A stretch of 64,000 nt of DNA from contig OZ024742.1 of the NCBI GenBank assembly GCA_964016885.1, positions 17,918,001 through 17,982,000 of the forward strand. Direction: 5' to 3'. The stretch comes from Eledone cirrhosa (taxonomy: Eukaryota). The notes beneath the pieces are model-generated. The model ran no database searches. It saw only the letters and a program-made list of their open reading frames with translations, and had not been told where the DNA came from. The position numbers and the translations under genes are program-made. Position 1 is the stretch's first letter; the number at the start of each line of letters is the position of its first letter. Positions 14,241-26,715 of the stretch are shown in pieces.

Positions 14241-15055
14241 TTATAAGAAGACATCATTTCAAGAATCATATATCTGGACTCAATATTCTTCTAAATATTT
14301 TTATTAATGATTAAAAACTGAAAAGGAAGGTATCACAGAAGAATGCGATGGGAAGTAGGAGGGGGTCATGGGCTGTAGGCCTGGGTTTGCGTCCCGCGGA
14401 CAAGACTGCAAAAGCATTCCTGCGGACAATTGCCAGCGACACCTGCTGCAGCCAACCAAAGAATAATTTGATTCTGATTCTTTTGTCATAATGGAAACCT
14501 TTCGCTCATATAATTAGCTGTTTTAAAAACAAACATGCGAAATATATATTTAGAATTGAAAAACAAAATAGAACTATATGCAGTGTTATTATTACTAGAT
14601 CTAATGGAAATTAAACTATGAAAGTACTTTCCAGGACAATGTTTATTTTTAACCTTTTGTCCTCCTGGAATAAGGTCGGAATTTATACTCTAATTGAAAT
14701 GTATCGACCTTTCTAGGTTTCTATTTTGAGATGAAATGAAAAGTAATAATTATGATTAAGATACTGACTATATATTTTGCTGAAGGATGGTTTGTATTCT
14801 GAAATTTCGGTTTTGGAAAATAGAAATTGGACAATTTTGAATATCCGATTGGTTTGAATACTAATTAGTTATAGAGAATTAAAAGTGAATATAATATTCG
14901 AAATCGGATATATCTGGTAGCCCTATTCTTCACAGGAGGAAGTGATTCGATGAAAAATAGATAAGTTCTACTAAAGCGTTTAGAAAATACGTGAAAGATT
15001 TTCTAAACTTTGTAAAATAATTCAATAGAAGAGAATCTTAGGTAATAACCGAAAA

Positions 15056-15455
15056 AATACGATCGCGAATATAAGCGGCCGAAATGGAGTTCCTGCAAAA
15101 GCTCTTTGAAGTAACGTTACTCGATAGGGTGCGTAGCTCTGAGATCAGAAAGTCACTCCGGGTAGATCCGCTACTTCGCTGAATTGAAAGATCACAGTTC
15201 CGATACTATGGACATGTAGTTAGAATGCCTCGGGAAAGAATCGCTAGACAGATTTGACGGGCAAAACAAACCGGAAGGAGACTCAGGGGTAGACCTCGAA
15301 CAAGATGGTTGGATAACATCAATGAGCTTGTCTGGTCTCGCTTGGGGATCCAGCCGGATCAGTTGGCGATGGTTGCTTCTGACAGGACCCGCTGGAAGGA
15401 GTATTTGAAGACTCTCCCTCCACGACCCTCTCGGAAATAAGTGGGCGAAGAAAAA
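15056..15455 (+). pseudogene. RTE-clade LINE 3' remnant
   Basis: Translates to AAEM.F...VTLLDRVRSSEIRKSL...FRYYGHVVRMPRERIA...GRRLRGRPRTRWLDNI. Confidence 0.85.
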
Positions 15456-15993
15456 GAGAGTAATGATTTGTTTTGTTTTTTGTTTGTTTTAGATGTTTTT
15501 ATTCGCGGGTCCCGGAGCGATGTATAAACTAAACCTCACTCTTATAAGACCCGTGTTTGTACTGTGCTCATATTGTGGAATAAGATTACATCTAACAAAT
15601 ATCCTCTTGTTTGTTAACAGATCTGTTTCGCTAGGAACTAATTCCGTTCAGAATGAAGTCTGTCTCGGAATATTTATATTCTATTTGTAAAACCAACAGA
15701 AGGACGTCTTTACCATTTTATAGCTAATACATAATTTATTATTGAGTTTACCACTGCAAGAAAAATGTACTTCTATATCTATTTATATAATTCCTTTTAT
15801 CTTAGGTTCATCGCCGATGCTTTTGATGAGGCCATCACGCCTAACCTTATTGTTTGCAGTCATTCTTTGAAAAGTAAATTAAAATTTGATAAAACAATTG
15901 CTGCTCTTTTGAATAACCGGTTATCTAAACCCCTTGATGCCAAACTAACCCTCGTTCTACAATAATGAACTTTTTATTTTAAAATATTCATAT

Positions 15994-16656
15994 CAGTGAT
16001 TCCCAACATGAGACACATGTCCCACAAGGAGGAGGGGTGTAGGGCAATTTGAAAATGGTGTTAATGAAAAAAAACTTCAGGTTTTGCCTTATACTTTTAC
16101 ACCAAGGCAACCTCCGTGCACATTACTGTCGGAAACCCCTGCCTCACCTCCTCCACACATGTTATTGTGTATCTGGCACCACCTATACCAAGGCAACTTC
16201 GGTACACATTACTGTCGGAAACCCCTGCCTCACCTCCTCCACACATGTTATTGTGTATCTGGCACCACCTATACCAAGGCAACTTCGGTACACATTACTG
16301 TCGGAAACCCCTGCCTCACCTCCTCCACACATGTTATTGTGTATCTGGCACCACCTATACCAAGGCAACTTCGGTACACATTACTGTCGGAAACCCCTGC
16401 CTCACGTCCTCCACACATGTTATTGTGTATCTGGTACCACCTATACCAAGGCAACTTCGGTACACATTACTGTCAGAAACTCCTGTCTCATCTCCTTCCC
16501 CAAACATGTTGCTGTGTGCACCTAGCACCACCTATACGCCAGTTTGTTTACACTTTGCAGTTGATCATCGCTGTTTTCATATCAAAGTGGGGTGGGGCAT
16601 AATAATTCTTGAGATGTTGAGGTGGGGCATTGCGCACAAAAGGTTGAGAACCACTG
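15994..16656. mobile_element. hAT (Charlie-like) MITE carrying an internal 86-bp minisatellite
   Basis: TIRs CAGTGATTCCCAAC...GTTGAGAACCACTG. Imperfect 8-bp TSD attcatat/gtttatat. Confidence 0.7.
16100..16537. repeat. 86-bp tandem repeat, ~5 copies
   Basis: accaaggcaacttcggtacacattactgtcggaaacccc... recurs every 86 bp. Confidence 0.95.
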
Positions 16657-17149
16657 GTTTATATATACCTGAAAACTTGCCATCATAATTTTATTATGAA
16701 CCTTTTTTAAGTTATACTGTAAACAATAGTTGGGTTACATTACCAAATATCTCCAAACGCTTCTTTTCAAATTGATTTGAAAAATTATTGGCAGCGTGTT
16801 TTATTGAAATACAGTAATGAAAAAGTTAACAAGGTTGACAGCTGCGGCCTTAAAGAGGAAGGTCATCGAAAGTCAGTTATCTCCCACGATAAGTATACGT
16901 CTGTTTACACAACAAACTACACATGCTCAAACTCTTCAACAAAAGACAAAATATAGTGAATCCTTTTTAACTGGGAAATTCTCACAGTGTGACATTACTG
17001 TGAAATAAACTATAAACAAAAGATCAAAGTAATTTGTTTTGACCAGACATCAACATACATTTTTTCTCACCCACTACTTCATTAAAGTCCTACAAATAAA
17101 TAAAGACGACATAATTTCACACAATCGCACACATACACCAGTGTAACCA

Positions 17150-17487
17150 CAACTACATACATGTATAGAGGTGTTCTTGCTGCATGACTGTTGGTATATG
17201 CATGTGTATACGCATGCCTGTGGGTATATGCATGTGTATACGCATATACATGTGTATATGCATATACGTGTGTATGTATATATATTGGCGTATGTATATA
17301 TATACGTGTGTATATGCATATACGTGTGTATTTGCATATATACACATGTGTGTATATGCATATATACACATGTGTATATACATTTAAATATGTATATACA
17401 TATACGTAAGTATATACATATACGTATGTATATATATATATATATACGTGTGTACATATATATACGTATATATACATATATGTATGA

Positions 17488-17545
<58 letters not shown>

Positions 17546-17620
17546 GTATGATTACGTACATACATACACACACACATACACAAATATATATATATATATA
17601 TACGCACACATATACACGTA
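17150..17620. repeat. Compound (TA)/(TG)/(TACG) microsatellite
   Basis: Direct simple repeats. Confidence 0.9.
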
Positions 17621-17717
17621 TGGGTTATGTTGCACATTAATGATAATATTCGATTCGTTTGTAAACAAAAGGCCCGATTAAAGCTGTGTCGTACCGATGA
17701 CAAATCGTCGCCTGTTT

Positions 17718-17804
17718 GTTCAACACTGGCATTGAGGAACAATCAACATGTTTCTGGGTCATTACCCTTCATCAGGACTGTACACCTCTGCCAGTCTGTT
17801 GAAC
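17718..17804 (-). ncRNA. Extended type I hammerhead ribozyme, diverged relative of the 429-bp family
   Basis: Minus strand: gttcaaca..ctggca-gagg-tgta-cagtc-CTGATGA-a gggt aatg accc a-GAAA-catg-TT-gattg-tt-cctc-aa-tgccag-tgttgaac. Core at 17740-17780. Confidence 0.85.
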
Positions 17805-17854
17805 AGTTGAAAATATGAATTTTTTTCTAGAGTACACATCGGCTGAGTAGCCTC

Positions 17855-17888
17855 ATTTGCATACCGCAAACAACCATCACATTTGCAT
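17855..17888 (-). promoter_or_regulatory. Duplicated octamer ATGCAAAT upstream of the HHR
   Basis: atttgcat at 17855-17862 and 17881-17888 (26-bp tandem duplication). Same position relative to the HHR as in the 429-bp family. Confidence 0.45.
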
Positions 17889-18036
17889 ACCGCAAACAAC
17901 CATCACATCTATACTTCGTGACCTGAGGTCACTTAGAAGCTTTGCTTGCTTCCAAGCTGAGCCCAGGCCACGCGCATTCAAACAGCCAACTCTCAATTGA
18001 TCTATTTTGGTGTTGAAAGTGAAGAAAGACAAGCAC

Positions 18037-19013
18037 CTACCTCTCCGAGTTGTGTAATTTCCATGGCGTCGGGTGTGTTGGTGTTGGTGTACTGTTTGTG
18101 GTGGGTGTGGGCAATAGTCCTTTTTGGGGGATACGTTTCGGGCAGTTAGCCTTAACGTGTCCCCTTTCCGTGCATGAATAGCATGCTGGTCTTCTCCCCT
18201 CTACAATTATATATATTGGGGTGAGGTCATCCAGCCAGATGCGATCCGGGATTTGCGCTATTCTTTCGGGCCTCATTTGGACTAGTAGGTCGAGGCCCAT
18301 TCCCAGGAACGCATCTCCAGATGCCTTCCCCATTGACAGCACTGTGTCCTCGCCCATGTCTATGAAGCCAGCAATAGCCCACCAGAAGTCCATTGTGGGC
18401 AGCATTGTTTGTATTTTGACTCTCTGTGTTCTTCTACCCATGTAGGAGGGATAGAAGCTGTATGTTGTTGATGAGAGTGGGCTGAGGGAAAGCCTCTGAG
18501 CTGTTTCCCTGTCTTTTGTTAATACCGAAATGCTGCCATAGAGTCGGTCCTTTCGTATGAAGAGAATATTCTTCATATAGTCTTTTAGGACCAACTCTAT
18601 CTCCATTTGGCTGGGCTGTGCTGGCTTTCTCGTTTGGTTTAGGATTGTTCTGAAGAAAACAGTGCTTTCTGTTCTCGCTTTCTTGAATTCTGGGGGGGAA
18701 TTAATGGAAAACATTCCGTTCTCCCCCAAGACTATGTGTTTTTTTGCTTCTGCCAGTTTTTCTCTGGCGGCAGTTAAGTCTATGGGTGTATATATTATGG
18801 ATTGTTTTGTTTTCTGGGCGAAAGTTGCCTTGTTGTTATTTGTATTCTTATTTTCTGTTTGTTTGTTTTCCGTTTGCTCATTTTCCGTAACTTTTTTTTT
18901 TTATTTTCCTTGTTTGTTTCGTTGTCTAGTTTTGTTGTATCCATTTTTTGTTCTTCGGACTTGGGGGGCGTGGCAGAGCTAATGGCAGACATGTCTGCCA
19001 TCTTTTCCGCCAA
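18037..19013 (-). pseudogene. LINE ORF1/gag-like protein with a CCHC zinc knuckle (one frameshift in an A11 run)
   Basis: CYSCTERGHVKANC (Cx2Cx4Hx4C). ORFs 18795-19013 and 18037-18729 join into ~325 aa if the homopolymer at ~18892-18902 is corrected. Confidence 0.75.
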
Positions 19014-19214
19014 GCTGCCAAGAAAGAAGTTTTACCGAAAAATAGTTATTTATTTTACCCCCTAAAAAGGGGGTAAATGTAAAAATGTTTCCCTAAATAA
19101 CAGGGGTAAGTGTTCCAAATGTGTTGCACTGAAAAATTCACTGGTACTTACTATAGTAAGGGTAAATTCCGATAGAATAGCGGAGCCGATGTGAAGCGTG
19201 TCTCACTCTATCAA

Positions 19215-19406
<192 letters not shown>

Positions 19407-20341
19407 GTAAACAGAAATAACAACACAATCGGTGCAGTATATGGAAGGGATATATTAGGTTAACGCATGATATAGCAGAAAGAGGGTCTTAACGTTTCGG
19501 ACGCTAGTCCTTCATAGAAGAAAGATTGAGAAATAAGATAGATTGAGTGGACGGGTGGGTTGGAATTGGAAAAAATGTCTTTAGATAAAAATAACCCCCT
19601 GTTAATACATCTTAAGTTTTAAGTTCCTTATTAACTAGACCTTCACTTGATTATAGATATATTTATTACTGAATAATGCTTCCATAATTTTTTTTTTTGT
19701 GTGTTTCTTATTATATTCTATCAATATTAATTTTGTAATTTCAATTAATAAGTGTTATTAAACTTATAAGTTCTAGCAGTATATCTATAACTCTAATTTA
19801 GTGAGTAGTATATATGTATCAGTGTATAATATTTAGTATAATGTCTTTAGTTACTAAACGTTACATTTTTATCACCGATAGATTTTAATTCTGTCTTTAT
19901 GCTTCCATAAAATGTTCAGGTTTTCACAACAGCATTTGAATTGTTTATGTTTTTCGCACTTCTACCATAGTTTTATGGACTTCTAAGGTAAATGTTATTT
20001 GTTTTTAAATGATTCTGATGACCACATTATAACTTGAATGGAATATTCCAGTTATTTTAATAAAACGGTCATAAATCAATTAAATATTTCATTTTCAATG
20101 CTTTTAATCCTTATTCTGTTATATATATGTTTATATATATCAGGGTCGAACTAAATTCGCAAGTTTCAGCTTAAATAATTGCATCGTGGAAGAGGTTACA
20201 TTAGCTATTTCAAAACAACAACTAACGAATATATATATATGTGTGTGTGTGTCTGTGTGTGTATATACATAAATATATATATATATAATTCAAGAAAGAA
20301 GAGTGATATGGTTCGCTATACAATAAGGGTTTTATTTACAT

Positions 20342-20451
20342 TGCTGACAATTGTTTCTTTGATCTGGTAGGTCTAGAGTTCGCTATCCGCCTGTTTATGC
20401 GCCAATCGATCTCCAATACTTTGTTTATAACCAGTCGTTTTCATCAGAGCA
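20342..20451 (-). ncRNA. Type I hammerhead ribozyme motif (long, weakly paired helix II)
   Basis: Minus strand: tgct-CTGATGA-...ctggt/accag...-GAAA-caattg-TC-agca. Lies in a (TA)n-flanked segment 20285-20920. Confidence 0.6.
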
Positions 20452-20912
20452 GGCGAAATGAAGAAGATACACAAGGCATGGCTTTTATATAGGTGTGATA
20501 TTAAACCAGAACAATAATATCAATAATAAAATAAAATAACTAGATACCAAATAGTTAAAATAATAACATCAATATAAGTAAGAGATAGAGTGCTTACATC
20601 TCACTCAGATCGGACGTCTATACTTTTCGCTCATGAAATCCACCAGTTTATGCTGACCAGGACTACCATGTTGCTTGTTTATTTCCTTTCTTTGGTTTGT
20701 TTTTATCCTTCTATGTTATTCACTTGTCCCCCTCGCTTTACGCGATTACTGGTCCCAATAAGTTTTTTTAGATTATTGCTCGCACCAACCTGAGGTATCT
20801 GATTTTTAATGCGATGAAATACCAATGATGGTTGGAAAATCACTGACGAAGGACTATTTTTATCATATATAACTCATGTGCAAACCACGTAGTATTCTTC
20901 TTTCTTCTCATG

Positions 20913-20953
<41 letters not shown>

Positions 20954-21399
20954 CTGGCAAAATAATGTTAGCCCAGCTCCCTATTTTTGGAACACTCCAG
21001 AAGGCATGCCTACTTGGAACAACAAGGATCCTCCGATACGTCCTGAATATCTGATGTTCAAATAACATCAATGAATGAGATATCAAAGTAGAAATAATAA
21101 TTTAAAATAATAAAGGTTATATATTGAATGACTCAGAAATTTGTTTGGTATGTGAACTTATATCTTCAAAAATAAAACAATTCATTGTGTTAGGAATAAT
21201 TTCCTGGTGATTATATTAAATGTTAAGTGAGCAATTTTAAATAATCAGTCTGGTTTATAATTAAAATCAAATCAACAATAAAAAGAAATATGAGAAACAA
21301 GAAATACATCAAAAATATTTATTTAACAAATATTCCTGTTTTTTGCACTTAATTCGTTCCTAACACACTCAAAAACATACATACATACATTACATATAT

Positions 21400-22690
21400 A
21401 CATGGTGGCTGCCAACTCGTTTTCGAGTACGGCCAGTACTTTATATCCATGTAGGAGAACCCCTACCGATGCGCTGAACGAGTGTGACTTTTTAGTCCAG
21501 CCAGCAACTTGAAAACTCTGGTACAAACACTACACTTGTGACAATTATTGGCACATAGTGCTGGGCCCATGGTACCATGTGACAACAAGGGCAGAGAGAT
21601 CTCCAGATATAAAGCAATGCCTGTACGGTGAAGCTTTTATAGTGAGCAAAGGCACTGCACAAAGCCAGTCCCACTCTCTTAACCAAGATGATATTTACCA
21701 AAAAGAACAAGTCAACATCATTGGATACCATCAGGGTTGCAGGTGTTATATCAGAGTTTTCCTTCTCCTAGAATTATGCCTTGACAAAGGCTAAGGGGTC
21801 ATCTCTCCTGGTGATTTTGGATGACCATTGACTCTTAAGAGCTCCTTTGCCCTTTGACAGGTTTTGTTTTTAGTCCTGCAGGATGTCCAAAGTCACCCTC
21901 CTCACCAAGAAACCTTGGTGGGGTTGCCAGTTTAGTCGCCAACGACCCGACCATGAGACAGGTTGTATATATACATACATCATACATACATACAAACATA
22001 TATACATACATACATAATATATGCATACATACATACATTACATACATACATACATACATACATACAAACATACATACATACATACATGGTGGCTGCCAAC
22101 TCGTTTTCGAGTACGGCCACTACTTTATATCCATGTAGGAGAACTCCTACTGATGCGCTAAACAAGTGTGACTTTTTAGTCCAGCCAGCGACTTGAAAAC
22201 TCTGGTACAAACACTACACTTGTGACAATTATTGACACATAGTGCTGGGCCCATGGTACCATGTGACGACAAGTGCAGAGAGATCTCCAGATATAAAGCA
22301 ATGCCTGTGCTGTGAAGCTTTTATAGTGAGGAAAGGCACTGCACAAAGCCAGTCCCACTCTCTTAACCAAGATGATATTTACCAAAAAGAAGAACAAGTC
22401 AACATCATTGGATACCATCAGGGTTTCAGGTGTTATATCAGAGTTTTCCTTCTCCTAGAATTCTGCCTTGACAAAGGCTAAGGGGTCATCTCTCCCGGTG
22501 ATTTTGGATGGCCATTGACTCTTAAGAGCTCCTTTGCCCTTTGACAGGTTTTGTTTTTAGTCCTGCAGGATGTCCAGTCACCCTCCTCACCAAGAAACCT
22601 TGGTGGGGTTGCCAGTTTAGTCGCCAACGACCCGACCATGAGACAGGTTGTACTGGGATACATGTTACCAGTAGCACCAACTGGTGACCT
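21400..22690 (-). mobile_element. Two tandem copies (21400-21967, 22085-22690) of a ~600-bp non-coding retroposon, probably RTE-derived, with (TATG)n tails
   Basis: Near-identical copies. Minus strand has CTAGGAGAAGGAAAACTCTG (resembles RTE 5' UTRs) and a 3' stem-loop GCCGTACTCGAAAACGAGTTGGC before the tail. Confidence 0.7.
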
Positions 22691-22730
22691 GACATACATA
22701 CATACATACATACATACATACATACATACA

Positions 22731-22760
<30 letters not shown>

Positions 22761-22761
<1 letters not shown>

Positions 22762-23265
22762 GTACAGCCACCGGAAATAACAGCTGTGAAATATACAGCG
22801 CCATCTACCTGTTAGCTAGCTACTCAACGTGAAACAAAAGAACCCTTAGAACCTACCAGAATAAACGCCTACACATCGACTAAACAACAAAGGATTGTTC
22901 CTGTATAAATAGAGTGGTTCCTAACACTTTCGCTAGTCGACTTTTGGCAGAGTCAGCTAGCGCATCGTTGTTCCTTTACTCTGCCACGCTTTGTCACTCA
23001 CACACGCATTGCCTTGTATCCCGTATCGTTGCTTCATGTGAAAATAAATAGCTGATCGAATTTACATCTCGCCTTGCTTCGTCCTTTCAACTTGTGCTTT
23101 CGTCTGTCCATCTTCAACAGTTCTTTTAAGGGTTATATGCGACAACAGTCCTTTTAAGGGCTATCTTCATATCTGATCAGACCGTATGCGATAACAGTCC
23201 TTCTAAAGACTATTCTCGGATCTGGTCAGAAGTAGTGACTAGACTGACTAACCAGCGTCGCTACA
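22761..23265 (+). repeat. 5' LTR
   Basis: tgtacagcc...cgctaca; contains TATAAATA and AATAAA. Confidence 0.95.
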
Positions 23266-23267
23266 AT

Positions 23268-23284
23268 TGGTGACCCGAATGTGA
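23268..23284 (+). other. Primer binding site, tRNA-Trp-like
   Basis: TGGTGACCCGAATGTGA resembles the complement of the tRNA-Trp 3' end (TGGTGACCCCGACGTGA). Confidence 0.65.
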
Positions 23285-23324
23285 GTGGAACGCGCAACCA
23301 GACAGCACCTAAGAAAATATCAAC

Positions 23325-26300
23325 ATGGCCATGTCACAAACAACAGAAGCCGAGATTTCAGAACTACGGGCTATGATCAGAGAGCGGGCTGGTCAAATTA
23401 AAGACATCTCGAATCAGGTAGAGAACTTGACCTTTCAAACACACCGGCGACGCGGCAACAATCGAGCCAGGCCTTTTCACAGTCAAAAATCCAGTAGTCC
23501 CAGTCAAAATCGTGTGCCTGGCAACATCTGCTGGTATCACACAAATTTCGGCGCACAGGCATCTAAGTGCAAAGCCCCGTGCTCTTTCCGGAATGCCACC
23601 CAGGGCCTAGCGACGACGTTCACCCCTGGTACTGAAAAGAAAAGTCGTCTATTTTTTATTAACGACCAGGCGACAGGCATCCGATACCTCGTTGATACAG
23701 GAGCCCAGGTCAGTGTTATTCCGGTTTCACTGATCTCGGGCAAAAGACACCAACCCCGTCCTTTCTGCAGGCAGTGAACCAATCGTCAATTCCGACTTTC
23801 GGGGAGAAGTCTCTAACCCTCAATTTAGGCCTGAGGCGGCGTTTTCAATGGGTGTTCGTCGTGGCAGACCTGCCAGCCCCGATCCTAGGAGCCGATTTTC
23901 TCCACCACTTCAACCTTCTGGTGGATATGAAGAACCGGAGGCTTATTGACACCACCACAAACCTCACTGTGAGAGGTATATTTACGACGCAATCCACAGT
24001 GAGCCCTGTAATTTGCCAGTCAGAGCCTTCGCAGTACAACGGCATTCTCCAGAAATACCCAGACATCACTCGCCCGGTATTTAAGGATGGTCCCATTAAG
24101 CATAGTGTCACGCACCACATCGAGACAAAGGGACCACCCACAGCTGCCCGACCAAGGAGACTGCCTCCAGACTGATTGAGAATCGCCAAGCAGGAGTTCC
24201 AACACATACTGGACCTCGGAATCATTCGCCCTTCCTCCAGCAACTGGTCTGCACACTTACACCTTGTTCCAAAAAAAAACGAGAATGATTGGCGACCATG
24301 TGGGGCTTATCGTGCACTTATCAATTCTACAGTGCCCGATAATTACCCTGTACTTCACCTGCACGATTTTTCTGCCTCTCTGCAAGGCGCACGTATCTTT
24401 TCCAAGGTAGATCTGGTGCGTGCATATAACCAGATACCTATGGAGCCTGCAGACATTCCGAAGACCGCAATCACAACACCGTTCGGTTTATTCGAATTCC
24501 TGCGAATGCCGTTCGGTCTGCGCAACGCTGCACAAACTTTTCAGCGGTTTATTGACACCGTGTTACGTGATCTACCCTTCGTATTCGCGTATATTGACGA
24601 CGTGCTGTAGCAAGTGCTTCCGAGAATGAACACGAGAAGCACTTAGATCTCCTTTTCCGATGTTTGGCTGAGTACGGTATCATCATCAACCCCAGCAAGT
24701 GCCTTCTCGGCGTTCCTTCACTGTCGTTTCTCGGGCACATCATCGACAAAGACGGCATTCGTCCACTTCCCGAGAAAGTAGAAGCTATCCGCAGTTTTCC
24801 TGCACCTACATCACTTCGGAAACTGCGTGAATTCCTCGGTCTGATGAATTTTTATAGGCGGTTTATCCCTCATTGTTCCGACGCAGCCAGACTCCTCACG
24901 GACCTTCTTCGTAACCGGACTCGCAAAAACGAAGAGATCACTCTAAACGAGGAAGAATTAACATCTTTTAACCGCCTGAAGGAAATGTTGGCAAACGCTT
25001 CCATGCTCGTTTTCCCCAGGTCTGGCGCTCCTCTTTCGCTGCTAGTGGACGCATCGGACACGGAGGTTGGAGGCGTTCTACAACAACATGTCGACGGCGT
25101 GTGGCAACCCTTATCCTTCTTTTCTAAGCGGTTGCAACCGGCAGAAACGAAATACAGTACCTTTGGCCGCGAACTCTTGGCAACCTATCTTTCGGTTAAG
25201 CCTTTTCGGCACATGCTCGAAGGATCAGATTTCGTGATCTACACGGACCATAAACCATTAGTTTATGCGTTCTGTACCAAACCTGATCGACATTCACCGA
25301 GAGAACTCCGACACCTGGGTTTTGTCTCCCAATATTCAACTGATATTCGGCATATCAAGGGATCAGACAACGTAGCAGCCGACGCCCTGTCCCGAATCCA
25401 GCTGAACGCAATACATGTGCATTCAGGCATCGACCTTCAACAAATCACATCTGACCAAGAGACTGACGAAGAGTTTATGAAACTCCGAGATTCGCCATCT
25501 CTCAAGTTTCTGCAAGTTCCCATTCCTTCTTCTCCGGGACAAATTTGGTGCGACCTTTCTACCGGTCATGAACGACCGTACGTACCACAGATGCATCGTC
25601 GACAAGTTTTTTCTGCTTTACACTGCTTGTCTCACCCGGGAATCCGGGCTACACAGAAACTCATCTCTGCTCATTTTGTGTGGACTAACATTAACAAGGA
25701 CGTGCGCGACTGGTCCAGGAGCTGCATTGCCTGCCAGAAAACCAAAGTCCACAGACACATCAAAACTCCACTCGGCACATTCGCGCAACCTGATGCACGT
25801 TTTCATCATGTGCATATCGACATCGTCGGACCTCTACCACCATCACAGAACTACACACACTTGCTCACCTGCATAGATCGATTTTCTCGTTGGCCTGAGG
25901 CTTTTCCCATAAAAGATACCTCAGCGGAAACAGTCGCTAAAACTTTGGTTTTACACTGGGTATCACGTTATGGCGCCCCAGCGAAGATAACAACGGACAG
26001 AGGACGCCAATTTGACTCCCACCTCTTCAGGGAACTGACTCGCCTGTTAGGATGTAAACACATCCTCACGACAGCTTATCACCCGCAAGCTAATGGTCTC
26101 GTGGAAAGATTCCATCGCCAATTGAAAGCTGCAATAAAAGCATATCCAGACAAGACACACCGGTTTGAATACCTACCACTCATCCTTCTGGGCATTCGAT
26201 CCACCGTTAAGGAGGAATTCGGACACACACCTGCAGAATTAGTGTACGGCACCACCCCGGTTCTACCTGGTCAGATGGTTGCTCCCATCTCTCCTCAGGA

Positions 26301-26715
26301 TGTTCTAGACCCAGGATCATACGTACACCGTCTTCGACAATATATGTCTCACCTTGCTCCTGCAAGCACCCGTCAACAGAACACGGCCACACACGTACCT
26401 TCAGACATTGATGATTGGACACAAGTTTTCGTTCGAAACGACACCATCTCAGCTCATCTTCGACCTCCATATTCTGGCCCTTATCGTGTTCTAAAAAAAT
26501 ATCCGAAATATTTTATTCTCGATCTAGATGGTAAACAGAATTCTGTCAGCGTGGACAGATTAAAAAAAGCCATCATGGATACTGTTACAGTCTCTACACC
26601 AGAAACTCCAACAGATTGCTGTCCCAGCGAGCCACCTGTTTCATCTCCAGTCACGAGAAGCGGACGACGCGTCTATTGGCCCGCAAAGTTGGCACAATAT
26701 GTGAATTACCGTTAA
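23325..26715 (+). pseudogene. gag-pol (short gag with CxxHx9Cx3C knuckle, protease, RT, RNase H, integrase), with stops and frameshifts
   Basis: CWYHTNFGAQASKCKAPC; YLVDTGA; [12 protein letters not shown]; DAS...RELLA; H-H-C-C and DDE integrase (HIDIVGP, TTDRG, VERFH). Broken at ~23775, 24175 and 24610. Confidence 0.95.

Noticed and set aside
7010-16537. CRISPR-like arrays (21-bp and 86-bp repeats)
   Set aside because: Contiguous tandem units without unique spacers, no cas genes, eukaryotic context.
20843-20895. Additional HHRs (CTGACGA at 20843; hairpin 44593-44640; CTGATGT near 5977)
   Set aside because: GAAA or CUGANGA is missing or the helices cannot be paired; at best heavily decayed.
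22540-22690. HDV-like or twister ribozyme at the retroposon 5' end
   Set aside because: Partial resemblance only; P3/L3 and the twister pseudoknots could not be assigned by eye.
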